Source: an uncultured archaeon | Lineage (GTDB): Archaea > Hadarchaeota > Hadarchaeia > Hadarchaeales > Hadarchaeaceae | Direction of reading: 5' to 3' | NCBI GenBank assembly: GCA_937921735.1 | Contig: CAKZTQ010000011.1 | Coordinates: 18,333 to 82,332 of the forward strand | DNA length: 64,000 nucleotides | Shown here: positions 1 through 9,900 of the stretch, piece after piece | Numbering within the stretch: the stretch's first letter is position 1 | Layout of the letters: each line of letters begins with the position of its first letter | Translations under genes and position numbers: made by a program | The notes under the pieces: model-generated | The model's input: the letters and a program-made list of their open reading frames with translations, nothing else | Told to the model about the DNA's origin: nothing | Databases searched by the model: none

Positions 1-515
1 TTTTTGAAGCAATAAGTGGGCGTAGGAGCGTACGGGAGTTCAAGCCCGATCCCGTGAACGAAGGAGATTTGAGAAAAATCTTAGATGCGGGGAGGATGGC
101 TCCATCGGCCGGCAATTGCCAACCCACGGAGTTCGTGGTCGTTAAGGATCAAGCGATCAAGCAGCGGCTCGCTAGGGCGGCATATGGGCAGACCTTTGTA
201 GCGGAAGCGCCGGTAGTTATAGTGGTATGCGCAAACGTGCCTCGTACCTCTCGTCGCTACGGTAGACGAGGTGAGGAGCTTTACTGCATCCAAGATACTG
301 CGGCGGCCACGCAGAACATCCACCTAGCAGCTTACGCCCTTGGCTACGCAAGTTGCTGGGTGGGGGCGTTCGATGAGGATGCGGTGGCCGGGATCATCAA
401 GGCTCCCAGCGGCGTGAGACCATTGGCTATTGTACCCATAGGCAGACCAGCCGAGAAACCTAGTGCTCCACCTCGCAGGCGGCTAGAAGAAATAGTGCAC
501 GAGGATACCTTTTAA
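1..515 (+). CDS. nitroreductase-family oxidoreductase (5' end off window)
   Basis: ORF 54..515 stays open in the same frame back to position 3 (FEAISGRRSVREFKPDPV...). RRSVREF and APSAGNCQP are typical nitroreductase motifs. Confidence 0.75.
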   Translation, partial: FEAISGRRSVREFKPDPVNEGDLRKILDAGRMAPSAGNCQPTEFVVVKDQAIKQRLARAAYGQTFVAEAPVVIVVCANVPRTSRRYGRRGEELYCIQDTAAATQNIHLAAYALGYASCWVGAFDEDAVAGIIKAPSGVRPLAIVPIGRPAEKPSAPPRRRLEEIVHEDTF

Positions 516-544
516 TCGCCACCAGGCGTCGACGGGGCAGCGGG

Positions 545-1456
545 TCACCGTAGAAGTCTAGCGCCTTCGGTGTCGATATCCGTCACGATAACGGCTTCGG
601 GGCTACATATATCGGAGAACGCTCGTTTAACCTTCTCGAGCGTTTTTTCCGTTGCAAGCGCGAAAACCGCCCGACCTAACATCACTTGGCTAGCGCCGAT
701 TGCTCCCGCTTTGATCGCAGCTCTTACCAAAGCTCGGAGCTCATCATCCAAGAGACCCAGCGACTCGGAGAACTCTTGTGAAATGCGCATGAAATTTTTG
801 GGAGTAGGGTCATCCACCAACTTCCTTAACGCATGCCCCCCTAGCTCCTTCGAGCGCTTCTTAAGCTCTTCGTCGCGTAGGATTTCCTCCGTCAGTAGCT
901 GGCCGAGCGTGCAGCATATCACCCTTACGTCGCTCGGTATCTGTATCTGGCCCCATCTTCCGTAAGGAGGAGCGCCCGGTTCAAGGCCCATTACCAACCC
1001 ACCGCACGCTTGGGCCCCAACGTCGCCCAGCCCGGTTAAGCAAGTAACTTCGGCGATATGGGCGATCGCCACCAGCCGCTCGCGCGGCAGGCGCAAGTTT
1101 AACGCTTCTGAGAGCGCTAGGGCAGTGCCTAAGGCACCAGCACCACTTGCGCCATAGCCAGCACCTATGGGTACCTTGACCTCATGGCTCACGGTAACCT
1201 CGATCGGCTCCGGGATCAGCCTGAGGATTTGCTCAACTACCGTCGAAGTTGTCTTGGCCCAAGGCGCTTCCTCCCCGTTCACGACGATCTTTATCCCTCT
1301 ACGACTAGCTGGCCTCACGCTTACCTCTGTGATTACCCCTGCTTTTATGCACGGTCCACAGTTCCGTGAGCCCTTACGCTCGAGCTCCCTTGCCTCGTCG
1401 CAAACCTGAAAAAAACCGGAGATGTGGCCGGGCACAAATGCAGAGGCGACCCTCAT
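545..1456 (-). CDS. pantoate kinase (archaeal CoA pathway, GHMP kinase fold)
   Basis: 303 aa. N-terminus AFVPGHISGFF and GHMP motif PIGAGYGASGAGALG. 4-nt overlap with coaBC. Confidence 0.7.
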   Translation of the reverse strand: MRVASAFVPGHISGFFQVCDEARELERKGSRNCGPCIKAGVITEVSVRPASRRGIKIVVNGEEAPWAKTTSTVVEQILRLIPEPIEVTVSHEVKVPIGAGYGASGAGALGTALALSEALNLRLPRERLVAIAHIAEVTCLTGLGDVGAQACGGLVMGLEPGAPPYGRWGQIQIPSDVRVICCTLGQLLTEEILRDEELKKRSKELGGHALRKLVDDPTPKNFMRISQEFSESLGLLDDELRALVRAAIKAGAIGASQVMLGRAVFALATEKTLEKVKRAFSDICSPEAVIVTDIDTEGARLLR

Positions 1457-2676
1457 CGGGCGCTACCTCTTAGTTTCGCTAGCGCGGAGTCCAAGATATA
1501 ATTCGCTATCTCAAGCTTGGAACAAGCCATCTTCTCATGTCCGTGCGGAGTCACGATGATTACCTCGTTCGTCTCCTCCCCAAAGCCCGCCCCCGGCCTA
1601 GAGACGTCGTTGGCGACCACCATGTCGAGCTGATTTTGTCTGAGCTTCTCCGCAGCCGCTTCGAGCAACTCTTGGTCGGTCACGTTGTACTCGGCTTTAA
1701 AGCCCACGATAAAGGCCTGGGGCGCTAGCTGTCTGACGTCGTCGATGATCCTCGGCGCCGGGATGAGCCTGATCTCCACCGGCTCTGAATGTCGAATCTT
1801 ATGCTGAGCTGGGCGCTCGACCGCGAAATCCTGCGCGGCGGCGGCAGAGGCCACGATGTCGTAACGTCGCTCCAACTCGCGCCGAACGGCCTCCCTCATC
1901 TCCGCCGTCGTCTGTGCCCTGATCACCCTGACGTTGGATGGTGGCTTCTCCGTGCCCTCGCCGTAGACCAAGGTCACCTCCGCCCCCCTGTTCGCCGCGG
2001 CTCGAGCTATCGCAACGCCCATCTTGCCGGAGCTGCGGTTTGTTATGAATTTGATCGGGTCTATGTGCTCGACGGTTGAGCCAGCCGTCACGAGCACTCG
2101 CAGGCCAGCCATGTCCTTGGGCGCCAATAAACCCAAGACGAAGTCCACGATCTCGGCGACCGACGGTAGTTTGGCCTTTCCCTCTTCAAGGCGCGGTTCG
2201 AGGATGTGGACGCCCGCTGACCTTAGGCGGGAGAGGTTTTCCTGGAGCAACTTATGAGAGTACATGGAGGCATGCATGGCGGGCACCATCACTATGGGCT
2301 TACCAAGTCCCAGCGCCACCGAGACCACGGATGTCACAGGTGTGTCATCTATCGCGCATGCCACCTTGCTCAGCGTGTTGGCCGTCGCCGGCGCCACAAG
2401 CACCAAGTCCGCCCATGATGCGAGCTCGACGTGCTCGAGCCCCCCAGTGAGGGCCGTCACCACGGGGTTGCCGGTCGCCCAATGCATCAGTTGGGGTGTT
2501 ATCAATCTCGCCGCGCTCTCCGTCATCACGGTTCGCACATCTGCAGCGTGACGCATGAGCTCCCTAGCAAGTTCCGGGCACCTGATGGCTGCTACACTGC
2601 CCGTTATGCATAGCACTATCCTGCGCCCCGCGAGCTCAGCGCCTCTAGTGCCGCGGATGTCGTTGGACGGATGCAC
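1453..2676 (-). CDS. coaBC: bifunctional phosphopantothenoylcysteine decarboxylase / phosphopantothenate-cysteine ligase
   Basis: 407 aa. Flavoprotein domain (IVLCITGSVAA) followed by a DFP ligase domain (ITNRSSGKMG). Confidence 0.85.
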   Translation of the reverse strand: MHPSNDIRGTRGAELAGRRIVLCITGSVAAIRCPELARELMRHAADVRTVMTESAARLITPQLMHWATGNPVVTALTGGLEHVELASWADLVLVAPATANTLSKVACAIDDTPVTSVVSVALGLGKPIVMVPAMHASMYSHKLLQENLSRLRSAGVHILEPRLEEGKAKLPSVAEIVDFVLGLLAPKDMAGLRVLVTAGSTVEHIDPIKFITNRSSGKMGVAIARAAANRGAEVTLVYGEGTEKPPSNVRVIRAQTTAEMREAVRRELERRYDIVASAAAAQDFAVERPAQHKIRHSEPVEIRLIPAPRIIDDVRQLAPQAFIVGFKAEYNVTDQELLEAAAEKLRQNQLDMVVANDVSRPGAGFGEETNEVIIVTPHGHEKMACSKLEIANYILDSALAKLRGSAR

Positions 2677-2800
2677 TCATACACCTTAGTTAAAAACGGC
2701 GCGCCTGCATTGTTTAAACGTTGCTCTTTTTCGACGAGCGTCACCGTAGAAAACCTTTATACGGGAACATCGTAGAAGCCCAGCAGATGGGGGCGAAAGG

Positions 2801-2998
2801 ATGGGCAGGGTACGCCAGACGTTCATAAAACGCGCGGCCGAGCAATTACTCCAGCGGTACTCAGATCTTTTTTCCACGGATTTCGACCAAAATCGTAGAA
2901 CCCTAGAGAAGCTCGTCAACATACCGAGCAAGCCGCTCAAGAACAAGGTAGCTGGGTATATAACCGCCCTCGTAAAACAAAAATCGAGGGGAGGATGA
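2801..2998 (+). CDS. rps17e: 30S ribosomal protein S17e
   Basis: 65 aa, MGRVRQTFIKRAAEQLLQRY... is the characteristic S17e N-terminus. TATA-like cctttata lies ~40 nt upstream. Confidence 0.9.
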   Translation: MGRVRQTFIKRAAEQLLQRYSDLFSTDFDQNRRTLEKLVNIPSKPLKNKVAGYITALVKQKSRGG

Positions 2999-3172
2999 AT
3001 GCCACCGCAGATAAATGCTAAGCTCTGCGACGGTTGTGGCGCTTGCGTCGAGGTCTGTCCCGCCAACGTTTTGGCCATGAAAAACAACAAGGCGGCGGTG
3101 GTCAACCCCGACGCATGCTTGGAGTGTAGGGCGTGCGAGGTCGCATGTCCGAAGGGCGCCATAACCTTCTAA
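2999..3172 (+). CDS. 2x[4Fe-4S] dicluster ferredoxin (57 aa, below ORF-track cutoff)
   Basis: Hand translation: MPPQINAKLCDGCGACVEVCPANVLAMKNNKAAVVNPDACLECRACEVACPKGAITF*. Two CxxCxxCxxxCP motifs. The ATG directly abuts the rps17e TGA (tgaatg). Confidence 0.75.
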   Translation: MPPQINAKLCDGCGACVEVCPANVLAMKNNKAAVVNPDACLECRACEVACPKGAITF

Positions 3173-3303
3173 CATGAGGTTTAGGTTCATACCGGCTAAA
3201 CGTGGGCAGGACGCAGTATAGGTAGCTTTGATTTTGATGTAAAATTTGAGGGCGGTCATAGCTGGATTGATTACCTTACGTGCTGGATGATGAACAAAAG
3301 CCC

Positions 3304-3783
3304 TCAGGCCAACTCCTGTCGCTTCAGCAGCTTGCCGTGGATATCCATTTCGCCGTACCTTATCCTTATAGATGAGATGGGGGAGCCATCCTCCGCCAAC
3401 ACGAACGGGATTTCAATTATGTGAAGAGGGGCCAGCCCTCGCGAGGTTCTGAGTTTATTTAATTCCTCTGCCCTAGGTCTGGTCTCTGGGCTGACGACTA
3501 TCGCATCGAGCTTTTCATCATCGATAGCAGGGCCGAAGGGATCCGAGATAACGCATATCTCAGCTCGGTCCATCCAGCCACGCGAGCGCAGGGTCTCCTC
3601 AAGTGCTCGCCTTCGCACGCTCAAAGGTTGTATACCCGCCACATCCTTCGCGGGGTACATTTCATCTGAGGTTATGCCCACCACCACGCGCTCTCCCACC
3701 TCGAAGGCCTTCGCCAAGATCGCTATGTGGCCATCATGCAAGTAATCGAAAGTTCCACCGACGGCAACCTTCTTGAACTTCAT
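3304..3783 (-). CDS. coaD: phosphopantetheine adenylyltransferase (archaeal type)
   Basis: 159 aa. Cytidylyltransferase motif GGTFDYLHDGH. Located in the CoA-gene neighbourhood. Confidence 0.8.
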   Translation of the reverse strand: MKFKKVAVGGTFDYLHDGHIAILAKAFEVGERVVVGITSDEMYPAKDVAGIQPLSVRRRALEETLRSRGWMDRAEICVISDPFGPAIDDEKLDAIVVSPETRPRAEELNKLRTSRGLAPLHIIEIPFVLAEDGSPISSIRIRYGEMDIHGKLLKRQELA

Positions 3784-3794
3784 CGCTTATTCCT

Positions 3795-5006
3795 CTAACG
3801 CCCGGCGCCGATCCTCTTCTCCTCGAGCTTTTCGAGTTGTTCTAGCACGTACTCGCGAATCTCGTCCACCGACGGCAGTTTTTCCAATAGTTTTCCATCT
3901 CGAATGTAAAACTTCAAAGCTGCTTCCGTGGTTCCGCCGCAGCGTGGACAACTTGGCTGAGGTTCGCTGGCGAGCTTTACCACATCGATCAAACATTTTG
4001 GGCAACGCCATACATTTTTCCGTCCTCCAAGCTTACCCCGCTTCGCAGCCGGCTTTCCCTCCACTTCCACAATATCCATTGCGAAGTCAATGGTTGGGGC
4101 ATTGCTTATCGAGGTCCCAACCCCAAAGCCATCAGCCCCCGCCTCGGCCAACGCCTTAATGTTCTCGTCGTTTAATCCCCCCGATACAAAGATTTTGACG
4201 TGTTTATACCCTCTCGCGTTGAGCTCCCACCGCACCTCGCGGATCAGCTCCGCAAAGTCTCCCCTTCTGGAGCCAGGGGTGTCCAGCCTAACTCCATACA
4301 ATCGATCTCCAAGCGCCTCGGCAGCCATCAGCGCTTCCGCCTTTTCGTCGAAATATGTATCGACGAGGGCTATCCTAGGAACGTTCGCCGGCATTATCTC
4401 GTCGAACGCCTTCCAGGCACTGATTTGGTCCCCGAAGACAATGATAAGCGAATGGGGCATCGTGCCCGTCGGCTCCTTACCTATCGCCTTCGCCCCGATC
4501 AAGCTAGAAACACCGTCGAACCCCCCGATGTAGGCAGCGCGGTCCAACATGGGGGAGAGAGCGGGATGCATCCTCCTTATGCCGAACGCCATCAGGAACT
4601 TGCCCCTCACCGCCTTACGTATCCTCGCCGCCATCGTTGCTGCACCGGAGGCTTGGCAGAGGAACCCCAGCAGGGGGGTCTCGAGCGCGCAGAAGCCTGC
4701 GTAGGGACCCTCTATGGTCACGAGCGGAACCCTGTTACCGTAGTGGTCAAAGGGGCGAAACACGCTACCCTCGGGCATGGAGTAGACGTTTACGGGATAG
4801 CCTTCGAATAGCCGCATGACCTCTTCCACGCCGCACAGTATCCCCCACTCCCAGCCCTCCGGCAACTTGCCAGAAGTGACCTCGGCTAACACCCTGACCT
4901 TATCCAACCCTTTGGCCTCTAGGATTTGCTTGGTCCTGGCGAAGTAGATGTCCGTCGTCTCCCCTCTCTTGATTTCTTCGTCCGACGCAACGTGGAATAG
5001 GCGCAT
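3795..5006 (-). CDS. pncB: nicotinate phosphoribosyltransferase with C-terminal zinc-ribbon
   Basis: MRLFHVASDEEIKRGETTDIYF... is NAPRTase-like. C-terminal CPKC...CPRC. The longest ORF reaches 5036, but the ATG at 5006 sits 1 nt after the pncA stop. Confidence 0.8.
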   Translation of the reverse strand: MRLFHVASDEEIKRGETTDIYFARTKQILEAKGLDKVRVLAEVTSGKLPEGWEWGILCGVEEVMRLFEGYPVNVYSMPEGSVFRPFDHYGNRVPLVTIEGPYAGFCALETPLLGFLCQASGAATMAARIRKAVRGKFLMAFGIRRMHPALSPMLDRAAYIGGFDGVSSLIGAKAIGKEPTGTMPHSLIIVFGDQISAWKAFDEIMPANVPRIALVDTYFDEKAEALMAAEALGDRLYGVRLDTPGSRRGDFAELIREVRWELNARGYKHVKIFVSGGLNDENIKALAEAGADGFGVGTSISNAPTIDFAMDIVEVEGKPAAKRGKLGGRKNVWRCPKCLIDVVKLASEPQPSCPRCGGTTEAALKFYIRDGKLLEKLPSVDEIREYVLEQLEKLEEKRIGAGR

Positions 5007-5007
5007 C

Positions 5008-5550
5008 TCATCCCCCCAAGCTTTTGATGAGTTCATCGCTGCTCATGACCTTCGCGCCGTAAACCCTTTTCATGTACTCTAACGCCCTCTCATGGTCTTC
5101 CCTTGTGAAGGCCTCAACGCAATCGCTAGGCACGAATATCTCATATCCCCTGTAAAACGCATCTGCGGCCGTGTGGAGGATGCATATATCCGTCGATACA
5201 CCGACCAGCACGAGCTCGGTTATCCCTAAGTCGCGCATAAGGCGGTCTAGATCGGTACCAAAGAATGGGCTGTACCTATTCTTTTTCACGAGAACGTCTC
5301 CTTCCCTCGGCTTCAACTCTTCCACTATCTCAGCTCCCTTGCTACCAGCGATGGCGTGGGGTCCCCAGAGTTTGACCTCAGCGTCATCGCGCGAATGCGA
5401 ATCGCACGCGTAGATTATGGAAATCCCTTTCGTCCTGGCAAAGTCCAGTAACTTCTTGATGTTGGGAATGATATCCTTGGCCCGGCTGATCCCGAGCTCA
5501 CCGGTGACAAAATCATTTATCATATCCACGACAATGATCCCGATTCCCAA
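5008..5550 (-). CDS. pncA: nicotinamidase / isochorismatase-family hydrolase
   Basis: 180 aa. IIVVDMINDF and the VGVSTDICI motif of the cysteine-hydrolase family. Directly upstream of pncB. Confidence 0.8.
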   Translation of the reverse strand: MGIGIIVVDMINDFVTGELGISRAKDIIPNIKKLLDFARTKGISIIYACDSHSRDDAEVKLWGPHAIAGSKGAEIVEELKPREGDVLVKKNRYSPFFGTDLDRLMRDLGITELVLVGVSTDICILHTAADAFYRGYEIFVPSDCVEAFTREDHERALEYMKRVYGAKVMSSDELIKSLGG

Positions 5551-5554
5551 TCGA

Positions 5555-6109
5555 TCACCTTACTTTTAATGCAATGCAAGCGACATCCTCGTCATCAGTT
5601 ATCTCCCAGGCTTTCAGCGGTTTTAAGCTTGCGCCCGTAGCCCAATTCATAAGCTGGTCCGCCGAATGCCTGTGTTTCAGGCTTGTGATTATCGCCAAGC
5701 CACCCTTTCGGAGTACCCTAGCGATCTCCTTCAAGGTTACGGCAGGATCTGGCACATTTTGGAGCATCGTCATCGAAACTACAGCGTCGAAACTTTCGTC
5801 CACGAACGGTAGAGAGTCGGCGTCTGCTTGTACTAGCGCCACCCGCTCGTTTGCCTTGAGTTTCGCTAGGCGCAACATCTCGCGGGAGAGGTCGATGCCG
5901 ACCACGAAGTCAGCCCTCTCGGAGAGCAGCCGAAATAACATGCCGGTCCCGCAGCCAAGGTCGAGCACTCGGCGAAGGCGGGGGAGGTTTTCCGCGACGA
6001 TGTTGTACTTCTTCTTCTGGATTTCCTCGTAGCGTCGATCGTACGCGCTTGCGGTTAGGTCGTAGCGACGCCTGAGCTCGGGTTTAGGGAGCGACATCCA
6101 ACAAAACAT
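5555..6109 (-). CDS. class I SAM-dependent methyltransferase
   Basis: 184 aa. SAM motif VLDLGCGTG and Methyltransf_11-like layout. Confidence 0.7.
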   Translation of the reverse strand: MFCWMSLPKPELRRRYDLTASAYDRRYEEIQKKKYNIVAENLPRLRRVLDLGCGTGMLFRLLSERADFVVGIDLSREMLRLAKLKANERVALVQADADSLPFVDESFDAVVSMTMLQNVPDPAVTLKEIARVLRKGGLAIITSLKHRHSADQLMNWATGASLKPLKAWEITDDEDVACIALKVR

Positions 6110-6118
6110 TTCAGCAAA

Positions 6119-7231
6119 ATGCTATTAATTCAGCGGTCCAAACTGCGTGGGGGGCTATTGCTGGTTCGCGTGCGCAAGCTTGGGCTTAAGCTAAGGGCTA
6201 AGCAGTTGGATGCGTATGTGGCGATCCGAAATTCAAGATATCTCTCCGGTACCTCCGCAGCCACCGCTGTGATAGTCTCCGATCGAGGGGCGATTTTGAT
6301 CTGCACACGGCTGGAGCTCGATAGGGCAAAACGGGAGAGCGCGATAGGAGATATCCGCGCCTACTTCCCGCGCAGGGTGCCATTGCGGCGAGGCGAGCAG
6401 GTAAGGTTCTGCGAGTTGTGGGAGCTCTTGGGCGAGTGCCTGCAGGAGCTAGGGGCACGCAGGATCGGATTCGATGCCATGAGCTCAGAAACCCTGCGGA
6501 AACTACGCAACGTGTACGAAGCCGATTACGTGGAGCTGCCGGATCTGGTAATGGAGATGCGCAAGGTCAAATCTAGGCAGGAGATAGCCCACTTACGGAA
6601 AGCTGCAAAATTGGCCGTCGAGGGCATGTCGCTGGCGGCAAAGCTCATAGAGGAGGGGGCAAGGGAGCTGGAGATAGCGGCGGAAGTTGAACGCGCGATG
6701 CGCAGGCGAGGTTCGAGTAGAACACCCTTTGAGACGATCGTTGCCTCGGGTGAGAACTCCTGGCTTCCCCACGCCACGGCCACGCGGAAACGCCTGCGAC
6801 GAGGCGAACTCGTGGTCGTCGACTTGGGTGCCACGTACAAGGGGTACGCGTCCGATATGACGAGGACATTCCCGCTGGAGGCGACCCCCAAGCAGCTCAA
6901 GTTGATAGAGGTCGTGAAGCGCGCTCAGGCGGCGGCGATCGGACGCTTGAGGGGGGGCATTAAGGCGGGAGATGTGGACCGGGTCGCGCGAGCGACGGTA
7001 GCGCGCGCTGGTTTGGAGAGGTTCTACCTACACGGAACGGGGCACGGTATCGGTTTGGATGTCCATGAACCGCCGAGTCTTACCCCGGGTTCTGAGGAGA
7101 TCTTACAGCGGGGGATGGTCCTGACGGTGGAGCCAGGGGTTTACGTCTCCGGCGTGGGTGGGGCCCGCTTTGAGGATATGTTGCTAGTTTTGGAGGACGG
7201 TTGCGAGCTTTTGACATCGAACGGGATCTAG
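6119..7231 (+). CDS. M24-family Xaa-Pro aminopeptidase/dipeptidase
   Basis: 370 aa. VVDLGATYKGYASDMTRT and HGTGHGIGLDVHEPP metal-ligand motifs. Start codon uncertain. Confidence 0.8.
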   Translation: MLLIQRSKLRGGLLLVRVRKLGLKLRAKQLDAYVAIRNSRYLSGTSAATAVIVSDRGAILICTRLELDRAKRESAIGDIRAYFPRRVPLRRGEQVRFCELWELLGECLQELGARRIGFDAMSSETLRKLRNVYEADYVELPDLVMEMRKVKSRQEIAHLRKAAKLAVEGMSLAAKLIEEGARELEIAAEVERAMRRRGSSRTPFETIVASGENSWLPHATATRKRLRRGELVVVDLGATYKGYASDMTRTFPLEATPKQLKLIEVVKRAQAAAIGRLRGGIKAGDVDRVARATVARAGLERFYLHGTGHGIGLDVHEPPSLTPGSEEILQRGMVLTVEPGVYVSGVGGARFEDMLLVLEDGCELLTSNGI

Positions 7232-7304
7232 GATTGAAATTGGCAAAATTATTGTCGAGACAAAACTTTTAAGTCCGTGCCGTTATCTATCTGCAGGTAT
7301 TGCG

Positions 7305-8732
7305 GTGAAACGTGAGCGCTGGCAAAAGAACTTCAGCGAATGGTTCAACGATATTCTGCGCGACGCGGACATAATGGATACCCGTTATCCTGTTAAGGGC
7401 CTCTACGTTTGGCTCCCTTACGGCTTAAAGCTCCGCAACCACGTGTTCGCGGTCATTCGACAGCTGCTCGAACAATCTGGGCATCAGGAGGTGCTGTTCC
7501 CGCTCCTCATCCCAGAGGATATCTTCAGGAAGGAGGCGGAGCACATAAGAGGCTTCGAGGGTCAGGTGTATTGGGTGACCCACGGCGGGCTCAGCAAGCT
7601 AGACGTGAAGCTCGCGCTTAGGCCGACGAGTGAGACCTCGATCTATCCGATGTTTGCGCTCTGGATACGCTCGCATGCCGATCTTCCCATCAAGGTCTTC
7701 CAAGTGGTCAACGTCTTCCGCTATGAGACGAAGATGACTAAGCCCATGATACGCTTGAGGGAGGTGACCACCTTCAAAGAGGCCCACACCGCCCACGCTA
7801 CCTGGGAGGAGGCCGAAGCTCAGGTACAGGAAGCGGTTAAGGTTTATCAACGCTTCTTCGACGAGTTGGGCGTGCCGTACCTGATCACCAAGCGTCCTCC
7901 GTGGGATACCTTTGCGGGGGCGGTATACTCGCTCGCTTTCGACACCCTCGCGCCGGATGGTAGGACACTCCAAATAGGGACCGTTCACAACTTAGGACAG
8001 AACTTCGCTAAGGTATACGAGCTCAAGTATGAGACGCCGGATGGAAAGCAAGAGTACGTGTATCAGACTTGTTACGGCATATCCGAGCGCGTGATCGCAG
8101 CAGCCATGATGGTACACGGTGACGATATCGGCCTCTGTCTCCCCCCGAAGGTGGCGCCGATTCAGGTGGTCGTGGTGCCAATACCGTTCAAAGGCAAGGA
8201 GGCGCCGGTCCAGCAAATAGCATCGGCTGTGGCGAACGAGCTGACAACGGCCGGTGTAAGGGCACACTTGGACGACCGAGACGTGCGGCCAGGGCGGAAG
8301 TTTTATCATTGGGAGCGTCGAGGTGTGCCTCTCAGGCTTGAGATCGGGCCAGAGGACGTGGAAAAAGATCAGGTGACAGCTGTTAGGCGAGATACCGGAG
8401 AGAGACAGGCGATACCGCGAAACGCTTTGAGGAATAAGGTTAGGGAACTTCTGGAGACGATAGACGGGGATTTGAGGGCCCGTGCTTGGAAGTCGTTCAA
8501 CGAGATGACCCACGAGGCTTCCGACGTCGAGACCGCGAAGGGTCTGATGGACAGGCGGGGTGGCATAGTCCGCATGCCTTGGTGCGGTGATGAGGAGTGT
8601 GGTTTGGAGCTGGAGGAAAGGACCGGAGGAGACATTCTAGGGGAAAAGTTCGGCGGTGAACAGGCGTCGGGTATCTGTCCGATCTGCTCAAAGAGGGCCG
8701 CTAAGAGCGTCTACCTGGCCCGAACTTATTAG
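7305..8732 (+). CDS. proS: prolyl-tRNA synthetase (archaeal/eukaryotic type)
   Basis: 475 aa, NFSEWFNDILRDADIMDTRYPVKG... with class II motifs and a C-terminal zinc-binding tail. GTG start. Confidence 0.9.
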   Translation: MKRERWQKNFSEWFNDILRDADIMDTRYPVKGLYVWLPYGLKLRNHVFAVIRQLLEQSGHQEVLFPLLIPEDIFRKEAEHIRGFEGQVYWVTHGGLSKLDVKLALRPTSETSIYPMFALWIRSHADLPIKVFQVVNVFRYETKMTKPMIRLREVTTFKEAHTAHATWEEAEAQVQEAVKVYQRFFDELGVPYLITKRPPWDTFAGAVYSLAFDTLAPDGRTLQIGTVHNLGQNFAKVYELKYETPDGKQEYVYQTCYGISERVIAAAMMVHGDDIGLCLPPKVAPIQVVVVPIPFKGKEAPVQQIASAVANELTTAGVRAHLDDRDVRPGRKFYHWERRGVPLRLEIGPEDVEKDQVTAVRRDTGERQAIPRNALRNKVRELLETIDGDLRARAWKSFNEMTHEASDVETAKGLMDRRGGIVRMPWCGDEECGLELEERTGGDILGEKFGGEQASGICPICSKRAAKSVYLARTY

Positions 8733-8737
8733 GGCCG

Positions 8738-9025
8738 GTGGGGTTCATGGTCAAGGCCAGGGCCCACGTTTACGTAAGCGGGAGGGTCCAAGGGGTCTTC
8801 TTCAGGTATGAGACGAAAGAAAGGGCCGATGAGTTGGGGGTTACTGGTTGGGTCAAAAATCTCCCGGATGGGAGGGTGGAGGCCATCTTCGAGGGAGAGA
8901 AGGATAAAGTGGAAAAGATGGTCAATTTTTGCAGGGTGGGGCCTCCCGGAGCCAAGGTAACGAAGGTTGAGGTCTCTTGGGGGGACTATAAAGGGGAATT
9001 CCAAAGCTTCAGCATCATATACTAG
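8738..9025 (+). CDS. acyP: acylphosphatase
   Basis: VSGRVQGVFFRYETKERADELGVTGWVKNLPDGRVE is the acylphosphatase signature. An alternative start MVKARAH lies at 8747. Confidence 0.85.
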   Translation: MGFMVKARAHVYVSGRVQGVFFRYETKERADELGVTGWVKNLPDGRVEAIFEGEKDKVEKMVNFCRVGPPGAKVTKVEVSWGDYKGEFQSFSIIY

Positions 9026-9899
9026 CAGCTGCGGCCAATATCTCCTTTTCAGATGGGAAACCCATTGGCCCTTTGTACCTGATTTTCAAGCCGGCGGCGG
9101 CCGAGGCGAACCTAGCCGATTGAAGGACATCGTGCGTGTCCAAATATCTAGCCAAGAAGGCAGCACCGAAAACGTCACCGGCGCCGGTTAGGTCCCTGGC
9201 TTCAACCTTCAAGCTCTTCACCTCGTAAAAGCCCTCGTCCGATAGTATCGCGCTAGCCCCTTCGCCGCGGGTCAAAATCGCGATGCTAGGGCCCATTTTC
9301 GCGAGGTCCTCTAGTATCTCCATTGCGTCGCCCTTAAACGCCTTGGCCTCATCTCTGCCTATTTTCACGATATCCACATATCTCAGGAAATCCTCAAGAT
9401 CTGCGCGTGGTTCGATCTTAACCGTCCCATCCTCACCTATCTTTCTGAGAAGTCCTTGAGGGTCGAGCATCACCACGTTTGTCCTACTTTTTATGGACCT
9501 AAGGAGGTCGACGGTTACCTCGCCGGTAATAGGGGAGACGTAGAAGCTCTTGGCATCGCGGTAAGCGCGGGGCACGTCATCCGGAGAGATGCTAGGGGCC
9601 ACATGTTTGCAGATCTGCTTGCGATTACCGGCCTCATCGTAGACATTTTCAAAAGTCGTCGTATGTTCACCCGTCACCAAAATCCCCTCCGTATCTAAGC
9701 CCATCTTGCGATAGATCGGAGGGAACCTTTCCGGAAAATCTAAACCGACCTTCGATACGATGCCGACCGCCTTCTTCAGGGCGACGAACATAAGTCCGGC
9801 GTACGTTGGCGCGCCGCCTAGGATGTTTTCAATGGTCCCCCAGGGCAGCACATTCACGTCGATCGCGACGTGTCCGATAACGATCGCGTCGAACTCCAT
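9015..9899 (-). CDS. PfkB/ribokinase-family carbohydrate kinase
   Basis: 294 aa. PfkB signature DLTGAGDVFGAAFL. Starts 1 nt after the inositol-phosphate synthase stop. Confidence 0.75.
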   Translation of the reverse strand: MEFDAIVIGHVAIDVNVLPWGTIENILGGAPTYAGLMFVALKKAVGIVSKVGLDFPERFPPIYRKMGLDTEGILVTGEHTTTFENVYDEAGNRKQICKHVAPSISPDDVPRAYRDAKSFYVSPITGEVTVDLLRSIKSRTNVVMLDPQGLLRKIGEDGTVKIEPRADLEDFLRYVDIVKIGRDEAKAFKGDAMEILEDLAKMGPSIAILTRGEGASAILSDEGFYEVKSLKVEARDLTGAGDVFGAAFLARYLDTHDVLQSARFASAAAGLKIRYKGPMGFPSEKEILAAAASI

Positions 9900-9900
9900 G

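Noticed and set aside
3287-3293. A C-box-like ATGATGA in the 130-nt spacer after the ferredoxin gene, suggesting a possible C/D box sRNA.
   Set aside because: No CTGA D box, no C'/D' pair and no terminal stem within a plausible distance on either strand.
8729-9004. The 91-aa ORF antisense to acylphosphatase.
   Set aside because: It lies opposite a gene with a textbook acylphosphatase signature and has a Pro-rich composition with no motif.
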